A stretch of 64,000 nt of DNA from Azolla caroliniana (GCA_043228905.1 JBHGNT010000005.1:18724001-18788000); one strand, 5' to 3'. Shown: positions 1 through 12,186, counted from the stretch's first letter. The notes: generated by a model not told the origin, from the letters alone. Made by a program: numbers and translations.

Positions 1-2554
1 CACGCCAAGGAAGTCCCATGAATTCATGAAATAAGAAAATCCAATCAAGTACTTAGGATAGGGAATCGAAGAAGCATTTGCTATTTAGTGGTTTGGGATT
101 TTAGAAAGAAATTACAAAAGTTGAGTTTAAGTCTAGAGAAAAAATAACAATACATAAATAAACCAATTTGTTGTCTTGGTGATCTTGTAGATATGTGTAC
201 TTGGAGGAGGGACAATAGAAGTGTTTTACAAGGTAACTTGTTCTTTTGTGAATTTTTACCTTTTATTCATAGGTTGAAGTGATACACTAGCTTCATTATC
301 AACTTAAGAAGAAATGAGGTTATGCACATTTAATTCCAACACAATTTCCTCAATATCTTAGGAACATACCAAATTATTTGTACAAATGCATGTCTTTGTA
401 GTACAGTGTACCCGCTTATAAAGAGTACTTGGAATTCTAATTTTAAATATCCCAAAATTACCTTTACAAAAAGAGCAATGAACATGGAGAATAATTTATG
501 CATCTTCCCTAGAAGCGGAACTCGCTAATATGAAACTTAAAAGGAAATCAAGTAATATTATCCTTCATACATTGTCTTACTTTTAACTTGCTTCATGGCG
601 ACATTGATTATAGAAGAACTCAAAGTGGAAACATCATCTCTAAATTCTTTTCTTTTCTGGTATAATAATGTATATATATAGTTTCCTTGAGAAGTAGTTC
701 GACAACATTCTCGGAGACTAGTTTTGTATCGACAATGTTACTTAGCTTTATGTTAGCAAACTTTACATTAATCAGCCCAATTTAGCTTTGACCTCCTCAA
801 ATAAAAGGTAGAACTGTGATAAGAATTATTTTATCAATTTTTGTAAACATCCTAAAATATATTTATTATGTAATCTTGCAAACAAGAACCTAGGAAAGGT
901 AATGCATCAAGTTGTGCTTTGCACGTGAGGATGCTCTATTATTCAATGATTGAAGGATTCGAAGGGGCAATATTATTTACTATAAATTATGCAACTTCTC
1001 ATCTTGGACAATTTGCATAAATTATATTAGCCGCCATATGCACTTTGGCATTGTATATGTTGGTTGGGATGCTATTTGACAAATTTCTCTTTGCTTAATC
1101 TTGTATGAATAATATGGTTATAGCTTCAAGATATTTTTACTCAATTTAATTTTAAACTAGACCTTAGACACCTTGATGGATGAGAGAATTGCACATTTGG
1201 GCTGCATGTATTGGAACTAAATGTAATTAAAAAGAACTCCCTTCTAAATACGATTGTCATTAAAAATTAACATCATAAACAGAAAACGTAAATTTGGGAT
1301 ATAAGACCTAAATGTACACCCAAAACACTTGGCTTGAAGTGCTACTACATTATCTAACAAGCCCTTTAGTTTCATAACATTAATTATGGCATATAAAAAA
1401 CAAAAAACTATTGGAAGTATTCAAGACATGCACATTGTTTGCAATGACATTCAATATCATTATTAAAGAATTAAATATATTCAGCCTCAACGAATCAAAT
1501 TTCTAGAACTTTTTCATTCACGTTCTGTTAACTAATTCGTTATTATAATATGAAAAATGCCAAATTATACTTCTACGAAAACAACAAAGTGCATCTATAG
1601 ATTGGCCAAATGCGTCTATGCCATACACTCGTCAACTCCTAGATTTTTTCATGCCCCCACTTTTTCTCTACCAATAATTGCACAACATATAACTCTCACA
1701 CTTATAAAACGGTTCTAATCTGATAATTAAGGGGCATGTGTGATAGTATAACTAGGGGTGGAGCACATTGAATTGACGATGAGATTGAGAAATACATTGG
1801 CATAGTATCCCATCGAATGCACCACATGCAAGGTGTCACCTATTGTAGTGGTATCTATGAAGAAATGAGAGGATCAAGCATGTTGACTAATTTACAAGAC
1901 AAATATACCTTCTTGTTGACATATTATTCAATAGATGATGATTTGTTGGAAATTCAAGAGATAATATCTTTGGTTTCCCATCCCATTATGCACACGCTTA
2001 ACGTTTTGAATGTGACTTCCACATTATTTCTTGCTTTTTACTTCTTGAAAAGTTTCTTACACATGATGTGTTCTAAGAAAGATGCACATATACGAATTTC
2101 CAACAACAACTCTCAAGGTAAGTTGAAGGTGCAAAATGCACGAGGTGGCCCAAGGCTTCAGAAGTGCAACGGCATACACTCTAGGGGTGATTTCATTATC
2201 TCCCAACTATCTTGCTACTCTTTGCTCCAATCATTGATTGGGTCGGGGTAAAGGCATCATCATCGAAGTAGTTTATGATATTGATGTGATGGGCAACATG
2301 CATGTGTTTGCTCGCCTGCCCATCTTCATTCGAGAAGGAGGGCCAAACATTTTGTCCCAAGGGACAAGCCCATGGCCTTGCCCATCTCTGTTTGTCTGTC
2401 TGTCTCTAGACTTGGGATGGGAAAGCTAGTAATGTGTTCGATAGACTGCTAATTGGTATCGATCCGTTTCCTACATGAAAATCACGAATGTAAAGTGCGA
2501 AAACCCGGATCGGGAAGAGCAAAAGTGAGGAACGAAGCGGGGGGAGCGACGCCT

Positions 2555-2751
2555 AACATGAGAGGGATGCCACGTTGGCAAATGGCGAAAGGTGGAAGAG
2601 ACGTGGCAGCCCCCCCCCCCCCCCTACTCGTCCGTCTACTATTGACATGGCAGGAATGCCACGTTGGCGATGACTTGGCAGCCTCCTCCTCTTCTGTCTG
2701 CTGACATGGCGCGAATGCCATGTTGGCAATGGCGATGGTGCAACACGTGGC
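2555..2751. promoter_or_regulatory. ABRE/G-box cluster upstream of the LRR-RLK
   Basis: ACGTGGC on either strand at 2569-2575(-), 2601-2607(+), 2658-2664(-) and 2745-2751(+). CACGTG at 2744-2749. These sit in a 3-copy degenerate unit resembling TGACATGGC..GAATGCCA(C/T)GTTGGC. Confidence 0.45.
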
Positions 2752-3076
2752 AACCTCCCCCACCGGCAGAGAAAGAAAGAGGAGAAGGAAGGAAGGTGGG
2801 GGGCCTGCCGCCCCCCCGACGTGCAGAAACCACGTCTGCGCAGAGACACAGACAGAGAGCCATCGCCATCGCCATTCTCTCTCTCTGTCTGTGAGCTTTC
2901 TTTCCGATTACACAAGAGGATTTTGGGCTTCTCTCATGTCTTGGATCCTCAACATACCCACCTCCCCATTCTTTCCCATCATCTCATTCATCATCGATCC
3001 TTGATCATTGATCCATGCTGCACCATTCCCCCTTCCAAATGCATTCTCCATCAATCCTCTGCTCCTAGAGCTTGAC

Positions 3077-6000
3077 ATGACCAGAATCTCCCATCATCCA
3101 TCATCCATCATGGCGGCACATCGCCATTCCCCGCTCTTCACGCCTTCCTCCGGACATCGACATGGCCATGGCCATGGCCATGGCCGCCACTCCCCGCTCA
3201 CCCGTAGCAGATCCATCTCTCTCGTGTTCCTCGCAGCTTGCATCTCCATCCTCTCCCGCCATGCCACTACTGCCATCACTACTGCTAGGCCGCCACGTGA
3301 TCTCCTCGGCACTCCCGATCATTACCCTAGCCCCGAGCTCCTCGCCACCACCGATGATCTGCAGGCCCTCCTCTCCATCAAGCAATCCATCTCCTCCGAC
3401 CCCCGCGGCATCCTCTCCTCGTGGAGCCTCTCCAACAATTCGTCCCGCGACCGCTTCGGCTATAGCTTCTGCTACTGGAATGGAGTCTACTGCCAAGATG
3501 GCCGCGTCTCCCGCCTCGATTTGTCGGGCTACGACCTCAATGGCGGCTTATCTGCGGCCATCTCCGGCCTCCGTTCCCTCACGTACCTCGACCTCTCCCG
3601 GAACTCGTTTGGCCTATCCATACCCCCACAGATCGGCAACCTCTCCAGCCTCTCCTTTCTCAACCTAAGCTTCAATTTCTTCACAGGTCCCATACCCATC
3701 TCCATCTCCTCTTGCTCCAGCCTCTCTCGCTTGGATCTCTCGCATAACCTCCTCGAAGGCACGATCCCGCCGCAGCTCTCGGGACTTACTTCCCTAGAGA
3801 CGATCAATCTCTCATTCAACAATCTCTCCGGCACCATCCCTAGTGTCCTCTCCCTTTGCCCTAACCTTGGCAGCATCAAATTTGATGGAAATGGCTTCAT
3901 TGGCACGATACCGGAGGAATTTGGAGCAATGCCCAAGCTTTCCGTGTTCTCCGCCTCTTCCAACCGTCTCTCGGGGGGCATGCCTTCCTCGATGCAAGCT
4001 TCCCGAGCTTTAGTGGAGATCAATCTCTCGGCCAATGACCTCTCGGGGCCCATATCTTCGATCGGGGCTTCCCTACAGATCTTCAACATATCGGCCAACG
4101 GGTTCTGGGGTCTCGTCCCGCAGCTGCCCTCCTACTGCCCTGACCTATTGGTGCTGGACATCTCGAGGAACGGGTTCTCAGGGCCCGTGCCGCCTTCTCT
4201 CGCCAGCTGCCTCCGGCTCCTCGTGCTCGACCTCTCCGAGAACGGGCTCACGGGAACCATCCCTAATGCCATTCTAGGCCTCCAGAACTTGGAGATCCTC
4301 GAGTTATCGGGAAACAAACTTATGGGACCGATTCCACGTGAGGTAGGGTCGGTCGGCTCTTTGCTTATCCTCGACTTGGCCGAGAACGACCTGTCCGGGG
4401 GAATCCCGGCTGAACTCGGCCAGCTCTCCAACCTACAAGTTCTGGACCTCTCCATGAACTCATTGAGTGGTTCCATCCCTTCCTCTTTGGGAAACCTCCA
4501 TGTCCTCTATTCACTCTGCCTCTATGGTAACAACCTCACCGGTTCCTTGCCCCCCACATTGGTGAACTTCCCTCTTTTGGAAACCTTAGACCTTCATGGG
4601 AACCATTTGGAGGGGCCTCTCAATGAGGGGATCATCACCAATTGGACCTTTTTAAAAACCCTAGACCTCTCTTTCAATTCCTTCACAGGGGCCATCCCTA
4701 GTCAGATTGGAGACATCCTTTCACACATTGAGAGGATAAGTCTAGGCCATAACTTCTTCAATGGGAGCATACCCCCTTCACTAGGGAATTGCTCCTCCTT
4801 ATCCTGGCTAGACATATCGGAATGCAACCTCATTGGGCCAATACCCGAGACTATAGGTCAATTAAGGTCCTTACAACACCTCAATTTTGAAAACAATGGT
4901 ATCATTGGCATCATACCACCTTCTCTTGGGCAACTTACCTCTCTTAGGACCCTTTACCTAGGGTCAAATAAACTTGTAGGCCCAATTTTTGATGATATTG
5001 GAAACTTGAGCCTCTTGGAGGAGCTCCACCTTTTCCACAATGGCTTGTCCGGCCCAATTCCTACTGGAATCGGACAATGTGTTCGGCTGGCGAAGATCTG
5101 GCTTGGTTACAACCAGTTGAACTCATCGATTCCTGCATCGGTAGTGAGTCTAACTTCGCTCGAATTCTTCTCCGTTCCTTCGAACTTGGTTGCGGGGGAG
5201 ATACCCTTAGGTTTGCTAACATCTAGCCGCCTTCTTTACTTGGACCTTTCGATGAACACATTGACTGGACATATCCCGGACAAGTTTGAGAACCTTGGAC
5301 TCATTCAAACAATCGACTTATCATGGAACCGCCTCGGCGGCACCATCCCAAGCAACATCGGGAATTATTGCAACCAATTGGTAGCCCTAAACTTTTCTAA
5401 CAACATGCTAGAAGGACCCATCCCTCCGGAGCTCGGGAACATAACAAACCTCACATACTTCTCGGTAGCTAACAACAACCTCAAAGGACCCGTGCCAACA
5501 TGGGGCTCATTGGCAAGGATGAATGCATCGGCATTCTCGGGGAATCCATTGCTTTGTGGGGTGATCATCGGGGTAGATTGTGAGGATGATGATGGTCCCA
5601 ACACTCCTCCATCATTGCCCATGCGTCCAGAGGAGCATCCACGGGGTGCGGCCGGGTTACAATCGCGGACCAAGGTGGTCATCGCGTCGGCCATTTGTTC
5701 GGCCGCAGTCGGCGCGGCCTTCACCATATGCATTTGGTGGTGGTGCTACCTTCTCTACGGAAAGCCCAAGTTCGATACGAGAACCTCTTCGGATCGTTGG
5801 CCGACCACCCGCATTCTCTCATTTGATGCCCATCTCAAGCTCACCCTAACCGATTTGTGGGTGGCTACCGAGGGCTTTGAAAGCCAGAACGTTGTGGCCT
5901 TTGGCAAGGTTTTCACTCTATATAGAGGGGAGCTAAGGCAAGATGGGAAGGTTATCGCTATAAAGAGGGTGAGTCTACCCACGTTGTTGGAGGAACAAAC

Positions 6001-6473
6001 CAAGGATAGTCTCTTAGAGGAGATTAGTGTGTTAGCTAAAGCCAAGCACAAGAATGTGATGCCATTTATATGTTGTTGTTTCAGTGGGGACACTGTAGCA
6101 TTGGTGCAAGACTTCATGCCTAGAGGGAGCCTCGAGAATCAATTAAATGCACTAGGAAATGTAGGGGCAAAGATGCCAATAGGAACCAATGAAGATGAAC
6201 TTTTGTTCGGTCCGCAAGGACATACTACTATGTCTCCAACTAAGGGATGTGATTTAAGGTGGGAGGTGAGGCTAAAGATCATCTGTGGGGTTGCTGATGG
6301 GATGGTCTTCTTGCATGAGCAAGCAAACCTTGTGCATGGAAACCTTAAGCCTAGCAACATCTTGTTGGATGGGAACTTGGAGCCCCGAGTTTGTGACTTC
6401 TCTATCATGGAGATCTTATCTAGCTATGTCGACTTACCGACAAACTCTACTCCTAGTCCTTATGTTGCTCCAG
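3077..6473 (+). CDS. LRR receptor-like (pseudo)kinase, exon 1: signal region, LRRNT, 28 LRRs, TM helix, kinase subdomains I-VIII
   Basis: First in-frame ATG is 3077; the ORF-track start at 3008 is TTG and an alternative ATG is at 3110. Motifs: LRRNT 'LSSW...FCYWNGVYC', 28 plant LxxLxLxxNxLxGxIP repeats, 'AFSGNPLLCG' cap, TM 'VVIASAICSAAVGAAFTICIWWWCYLLY', VIAIKR, HGNLKPSN, DFS. YVAP is followed by the donor G|GTACGT. Confidence 0.93.
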
Positions 6474-7469
6474 GTACGTGTCTACTTCATTTGATATAAC
6501 TCACTATGGTTACTATATTTTACACCTTTGACACTAGGTTTAACAAGACCATGTCTTTTGCACTAGGAGAGCTTAGGTTTTGGACACTAATATTTTATGG
6601 CTTCAATGATAGGTTAATTTGGAGCTCAAAGCTAGGGTTTAGGGTTTTTATTTTAACACTATTCATGCAAAATCCATGTTGATTTTGTTGTTTGGCCTCA
6701 TGTTGCACATGTTGTGTTTACTTCATTTGCTATTGGGTTTAGGTTTTTGTTTTATGATGTTTTATGGATAGGATTTTACAATGAAGGCTTGGATTTAAGA
6801 ATATCATTTTGAGATTTAGATATTTAACACTAGGATTAAGGATCTCCGGTTTGAAAACTATCATGGTGAAGGTTTTTAATTGAGGATTTAAGGTTTGGAG
6901 CTTTTAACAAATAAAAATTTGATTTTATGGTTTTAATGCTAGGGTTAATTATGTTAAGGGTCATAACAATATGATTGGTTTAACTCTAGGGTTTAGCATT
7001 TAAAGGGATTTGCCAAACTGGTGGTTTAGGACCTTATGATCATGATCCATTTTGGATTCTAATGTGAGAATTTGGAATTCTAGATTTCAACTCTCTCATT
7101 AAACAAGTTTTGCTTAGAGTTTAGGATTAGTCTTTTAGTACTACGATTTAAAAATTAATTAGAGGATATCATGGTGAGTCGGAACAACCAAGTCCCCATT
7201 ATTGGTTGTGTTATATTTGGCGATTGTCTTCGACGTTGATCACAATAGTCAAACATCTTGAAACAATTGGAAATTTGGTTTTTGGACTCATGAAATGTAG
7301 GAAACCACAAAATCACGATGTAGAAATAGTACAGGGATCCTTTTGATATTATCCAACCTATGTGGTCTAGTATTTACACATTTGTCCAAATTTACTTAAT
7401 ATACTTTCAACAAGGATAAGTAATTGGGGTGGTGGTCTTGAATTGAAATTGGAAAGTGTATGCATACAG
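6474..7469 (+). other. GT-AG intron (phase 1) of the LRR-RLK
   Basis: Donor CAG|GTACGT at 6474 and acceptor TACAG| at 7469. Splicing restores YVAP-E-CRST, the usual intron position in plant LRR-RLKs. The intron is AT-rich. Confidence 0.88.
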
Positions 7470-7960
7470 AGTGTCGTAGCACAAGAATGTCGGCAAGCAC
7501 ACAATCAGATGTATATAGCTTTGGGGTGGTGGTCTTGCAAATGCTTACAGTGCATAGATCAGAAACATGTGCAATTGTTGTAGGAGCAACACCTGGTCCA
7601 CATGGATTAGCGCGATGGGTTCGTTCCAATTTCCCTGATCGTGTCACCATGATGCTTGATCCTATCCTCCAAGAGGAAGCCCCGTCTCATCGTGAAGAGG
7701 TGGTCCAAGTGATGGCACTTGCTCTTCATTGTACGCAAGAAGACCCCAATGATCGCCCCACGATGGCCGAGGTTTGTTCTAGTCTTCGTCGCATCCAAAG
7801 CCATGATAGAAGTAGTACTCGCTTCTTCGCTCCTCTTGATGTTATTCTTGACCGGTCTAGTGGCTCAAATTCCTATGCCACTTTGTCCAACCAAGATGCA
7901 TCTTTTGCTACCCTTCCTCGTAGAGAAGATGAAGAAAGGTATACCATATCCTTTTATTGA
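7470..7960 (+). CDS. LRR receptor-like (pseudo)kinase, exon 2: kinase subdomains IX-XI and C-tail
   Basis: SDVYSFGVVVLQMLT (IX), LARWV, ALHCTQEDPNDRPTMAEV (XI). Stop at 7958-7960. Joined CDS is 3888 nt. Confidence 0.92.
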
Positions 7961-8532
7961 TAGTCAATATTTTTGTGCATACGACTTAAGCTATGTTTAA
8001 CTAGTGAAATACCAATTGAATCCATGCATTGGTTTTCCTCTCCAAAGCTATTAATTTCTACATGAAGGTACTTGGTTTGTTATTGTAGAAAGGAGCCTTG
8101 AGTATTTGCTTATTTTGTTGCTTACAAATTGTACACATGCATTTTTCATCATTGGAGCCTTTAACCTCTACATTACCAAGTTTGGTTATTGTTTTCATTG
8201 TTTTAAAACTCAACATATACCAAGGTAATTGGTATTGTTATTATAGAAATGTGCCTTACTCGCTAGATAGCATGCAATACTTCCTCTTTATTGTTTTCTT
8301 TGATACTTTCATGGTCATATCATGTCTACCATTCTTCACCCTAGGAGGAAAAGAACACCCTCATATTTCTCTTAAAACATGCTCCATATTTTAGCCCTCA
8401 AATCTTTATTCATTGTTTAACTAACCATTTTTTGTATTTGCCATGATTTGTAATGCCAATAGCTTACTCTTTGCCAAAAGTATGAAGCTAAACTCTTCCA
8501 AATTTGGCAACTTCAAACCACCCTCCTTTCAT

Positions 8533-8628
8533 AATGTGCGAGTACCCTCATTTGGTAATATGCGGGTGTCCTCGTTTGGTAATGCACGAATATCCTCATT
8601 CAACATGTGAGTACCTTCATTAGGTAAC
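8533..8628. repeat. Degenerate ~24-bp tandem repeat, about 4 copies
   Basis: Units resembling TAATGTGCGAGTACCCTCATTTGG. Confidence 0.6.
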
Positions 8629-9782
8629 ACAAGTCTATCAGATATTCTCATCAAGGAACATTATCAACGATCAAAGAACCTTCAACATACCTTGATGTTT
8701 CCTTTACTATGTCAAACATTGATTGTTCAGAGCCCTAAACCAATGTCAAAATCTCATGAAATGATAAAGAACCCTAAATTTTGTAAGGGTAAAAATAAAC
8801 AGTTATACCAACATGCCATTTGAAGGTAGTTTGGAACTTACAAATACATCTATAACAATATACATTCAAACAATTTGACAATATTTTTTCTTTTTTTATA
8901 GTTTAATTCATCATTCCCCTTAGAGGGGACTTTTATATCTATAGAAAATGTACACTTCTAATCACGTCATAAACATAATGGACAACCATGACTTTCGTTT
9001 CTTTGAACTTTATATTTAAGTGGACTTTATCTTTATTCCACCCTAGTTTAATTACTTGACTATTTTTTTTATAAAATTAGATCTTAACTGCCCCACGAGT
9101 ATTGGCAATATTAAGCCAACAATCATTTTGTACTTTTTCTAGATAATTATCCCTTTAATTCTACATATACTTTGCACCTCGCACGTCACTAGTTTTCTTA
9201 TCCACAATTGACACTTAGTGCTCCAATCGTTTTAGATATGATTGTTTTTGTGCTATTTTGTCCTTTTAGTTATACCATCTAAAATTGCATCTAATTCTCT
9301 TTTGCATAATCATTTGTTTAGCATGTTAAATTGGATTTGAATCTTGTGCATTGTCCTAATATAACAATAACTTTGGAAGAGTTATTTTGTTAATGGTGCA
9401 TTATCATGGCAATGTTCTCCTCTCTATCTAACTTCATGAATTATATTTGTCACTTGGAGAACTCACATTTATTTTCCTTGTGGGTTTCATTTTCCTCAAC
9501 CCTAATGAGCTTGCACCCATTAACTTAGAAAGTGAAATTCTTACTTATAGCATTAACACATGACTAAAATACCCATCACGATTAACAACTAAACTTATAC
9601 CTACCATAGGATGAGGTTACTATTAGGGCAAACCATATTATCCAATCGAAATATATTAAATGTAATCCATTAGATATCATCTAGCATTGAATGAAGTATA
9701 AAGCCTAATCATTCAAACTATTCAATATTCCCCCCCCCCCCAAAAAGAAGCTACTTTCCCATTAGTTAGGAGAAATTATTAC

Positions 9783-10741
9783 AAAAAGACTATACAAGGT
9801 GGCTTATACAGCCTTCGACTGATCTTGCCACTTATCATAAAATGGGAGTTGAGTTGGATATTGGGAAAACAAATTATGCCCACAAATTGAGAATGTGAGA
9901 ACAAAGTTTTGAAGCAATATAGATAATTATGAATACTATAAATATCTAGATGTATATTCAATCAATTTAATAAGGGTGATAAAGAGATGTAAAGAAAAAA
10001 CACTTCTAATTATTCATGTGAAGAAGTAAATCAAGAAATTACCCCTAACAAATGATTGTTACTTGCAACACAAATACAATCCAACATGCTTTGTGGAACT
10101 GCCCAAAGACCCATCAAATATGGCAGGGGGTTGGCTGCCTATTGCAATTATGCCAGGTGCAAGGCACAATCAAGTGGGGGAATGTATGTTGGTTATCATG
10201 GCAAGCCCTAGTTGACAAGTACAAACATCAGGTGAGGGATTTTGTTTTCCACCATCGACAATATCCACTCAACTCCTATTAATGCCAAAGCTCAAGTAAT
10301 GTTGGAATTGGTAAGCCTAATAACTCTTTGGATTCTCTAGAAACAATAGTGTAGATGGGTCTTTTCCAATCAAGCTGTGCATCAAGCAATGTTACTGTAG
10401 GAGATATGGAGTGAAGTTGTAGCCACTCTAAAGACTATACAACGTGGTGGCTTATACATAAATCAGGGAATTACCCTCCGACCGAACTTGCCACTTATCG
10501 TAAAATGGGCGTTGAGTTTGATATTGGGAAAACAAGTTATGCACTCAAACTGAGAATGTGAGAACAAAGTTTTGAAGCAATATAGATAATTATGAATTCT
10601 ATACATATCTAAATGTATATTCAATCAATTTAATAAGGATGATAAAGATATGTAAAGAAAAAACACTTTTAAATATTCATGTGAAGAACTTAGTCAAGAA
10701 ATTACCCCTAACAAATGATTGGTACTAGCAACACAAATACA
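9783..10741. repeat. ~300-bp direct repeat pair (9783-10079 and ~10430-10741) flanking an L1 fragment
   Basis: Both copies read AAGACTATACAA...CTTGCCACTTATC..AAAATGGG...GCAACACAAATACAA. Confidence 0.85.
10075..10435 (+). mobile_element. L1-like LINE ORF2 C-terminal relic (zf-RVT region)
   Basis: IQHALWNCPKTHQIW, then degenerate 'ITLWIL*KQ*CRWVFSNQ...EIWSEVVATLK', matching the HxxWxC...W and WxxWKxRCxxxF patterns. Confidence 0.65.
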
Positions 10742-10944
10742 AACACTATTGTCGTATTGACATAAGTTATTAGTAAGAATAAGGATGTCATTTATCCCCC
10801 TCCGTTAGTAATATGGCACCTATCGAGAAGGTAGTAAAAGGGCGACTCTATATAAAGTATATCTCTCTTTTTTTGTAAGGTTGGTTGGTTATTTGTGTAT
10901 TGTTATTGTAAATATACATCATTATCCTTGTTATACATAGATTA

Positions 10945-11910
10945 TGATTGTGTAAAGAGCCAAAATAAGGATAAACCATGCATTGTATACAATAATGAGC
11001 TACTTGACACTGTGGAAAATATTAAATACCTTGGCCTTGAAGTTCCTTCAAATTATAGATGGAATATATATGCCACCCATCGCGTAGAATTGGGAAAGGG
11101 ATTATATTATACAATTGAGAATACATGCAATCGTGGTCACATAGGTGCTTCTCTATGGGTGGAAATATGGGGTGGTGGCATCCCTAAGTTCACTTAGAAA
11201 GAGTTTGAAAATGTCCAAAAATATTTACTTCCAAAGTTTCTCGTCACGAAATAAATGCCATATACTCTCCTACTTCTTGATACGAGATCACTTTCGATTA
11301 AGATCATATTATGCAAGGGTTGTCAAATACAAGTTTTAAGGTTCGAAAAATTCCCTCAAATCAACTCCCAAGTCTTGCATTGGAAACAAGAAAAAAGATC
11401 CAAAAGACAAATAAAAGCAAAAAATTGTGTTTTAGCTGGATGCAAGATAAGGAAATATCGTTTGGAAGATGGGATGCAACACTCTTGCTTCATGATAGAT
11501 CAAAAGATTCCTCTATAAATGAGACATTTTTGCAACACCAATGTATCATGACATGGAAAAAATGTGGAGCCTCGCACTTTACACATTATATTACATATGT
11601 TGCACCTCACCACAAAACCATGTTCTTTGCCGAACAGGGAAACCACACACATCGATACATGTTAGACCCTGTCCCGTTATCTAAAATCGGAACCATTGCT
11701 TCCAAGAAACTTAGCTCACACTCACTATGATGTGAGACAAGGTGTTGGGACACAAGTGTTGAGAGTAATTGACAATGCAAACTTTTCCCTAAACAAGTTC
11801 GGGAGTTTGAGTACAATGCTTTGCCTTTGATCAAATCCAACTATATCCTTTTCACACATGTTCAACCTGTTGGAAATATGAGATGTTATGCAACGGAAGA
11901 TTGTTGAGGA
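10945..11910 (+). mobile_element. Degenerate non-L1 LINE: RT C-terminus and downstream region (RTE-X/L2/CR1-like)
   Basis: 'ELLDTVENIKYLGL', 'LLYG/VEIWGG' and 'KLSSHSL*CETRCW...QCKLFPKQVREFEY', resembling the RxSxHxLxxExGR...CxxC motif. Many frameshifts. Confidence 0.6.
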
Positions 11911-11912
11911 CC

Positions 11913-12186
11913 TGTAGTTAGTGTCAAGCAAGCAACATAGATAAACTAGAGAAATAGATTATGCACGATAGGCAAGAAGAAAGAAACAAGAAGCACACTT
12001 TTAAGCTCTAATGGAAGGTTGTATTATTCTCTCTGAAGACTCTCTCTCTCCCTCTCTCTACAACCTCTGAGTTGGGCTTATATATACTCAAGCCCTAACT
12101 GGGTAGCGTGTTCACACTAAGGATACAAATTGGGTGGCGTTGGCCTTTTATGCCAACAAACTCCCCAGTAAAAGGACTATTCTACA
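11913..12186 (-). mobile_element. LTR-like segment
   Basis: Inverted ends TGTAGTTAGT...ACTATTCTACA, a TATA-like motif and CT tracts. No TSD or PPT was found. Confidence 0.4.

Noticed and set aside
1-2450. Protein-coding gene in the first 2.4 kb (ORFs 1817-2251 and 2238-2429)
   Set aside because: AT-rich, with no recognisable domain or consistent exon structure.
3008-3076. ORF-track start of the RLK and the C-terminus GTCLLHLI
   Set aside because: 3008 is TTG and the first ATG is 3077. The ORF end is read-through into the intron at 6474.
2453-6408. Many short overlapping or antisense ORFs around the RLK
   Set aside because: Expected by-products of high GC content and codon bias. No motifs.
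6632-6648. Interstitial telomere
   Set aside because: Only about two perfect TTTAGGG units are present. Kept only as a telo-box-like motif.
3077-7960. Naming the gene FLS2, EMS1, BRI1 or GSO1
   Set aside because: The LRR count resembles FLS2 and the juxtamembrane resembles EMS1/BRI1, but there is no island domain and the kinase motifs differ. Orthology cannot be assigned by eye.
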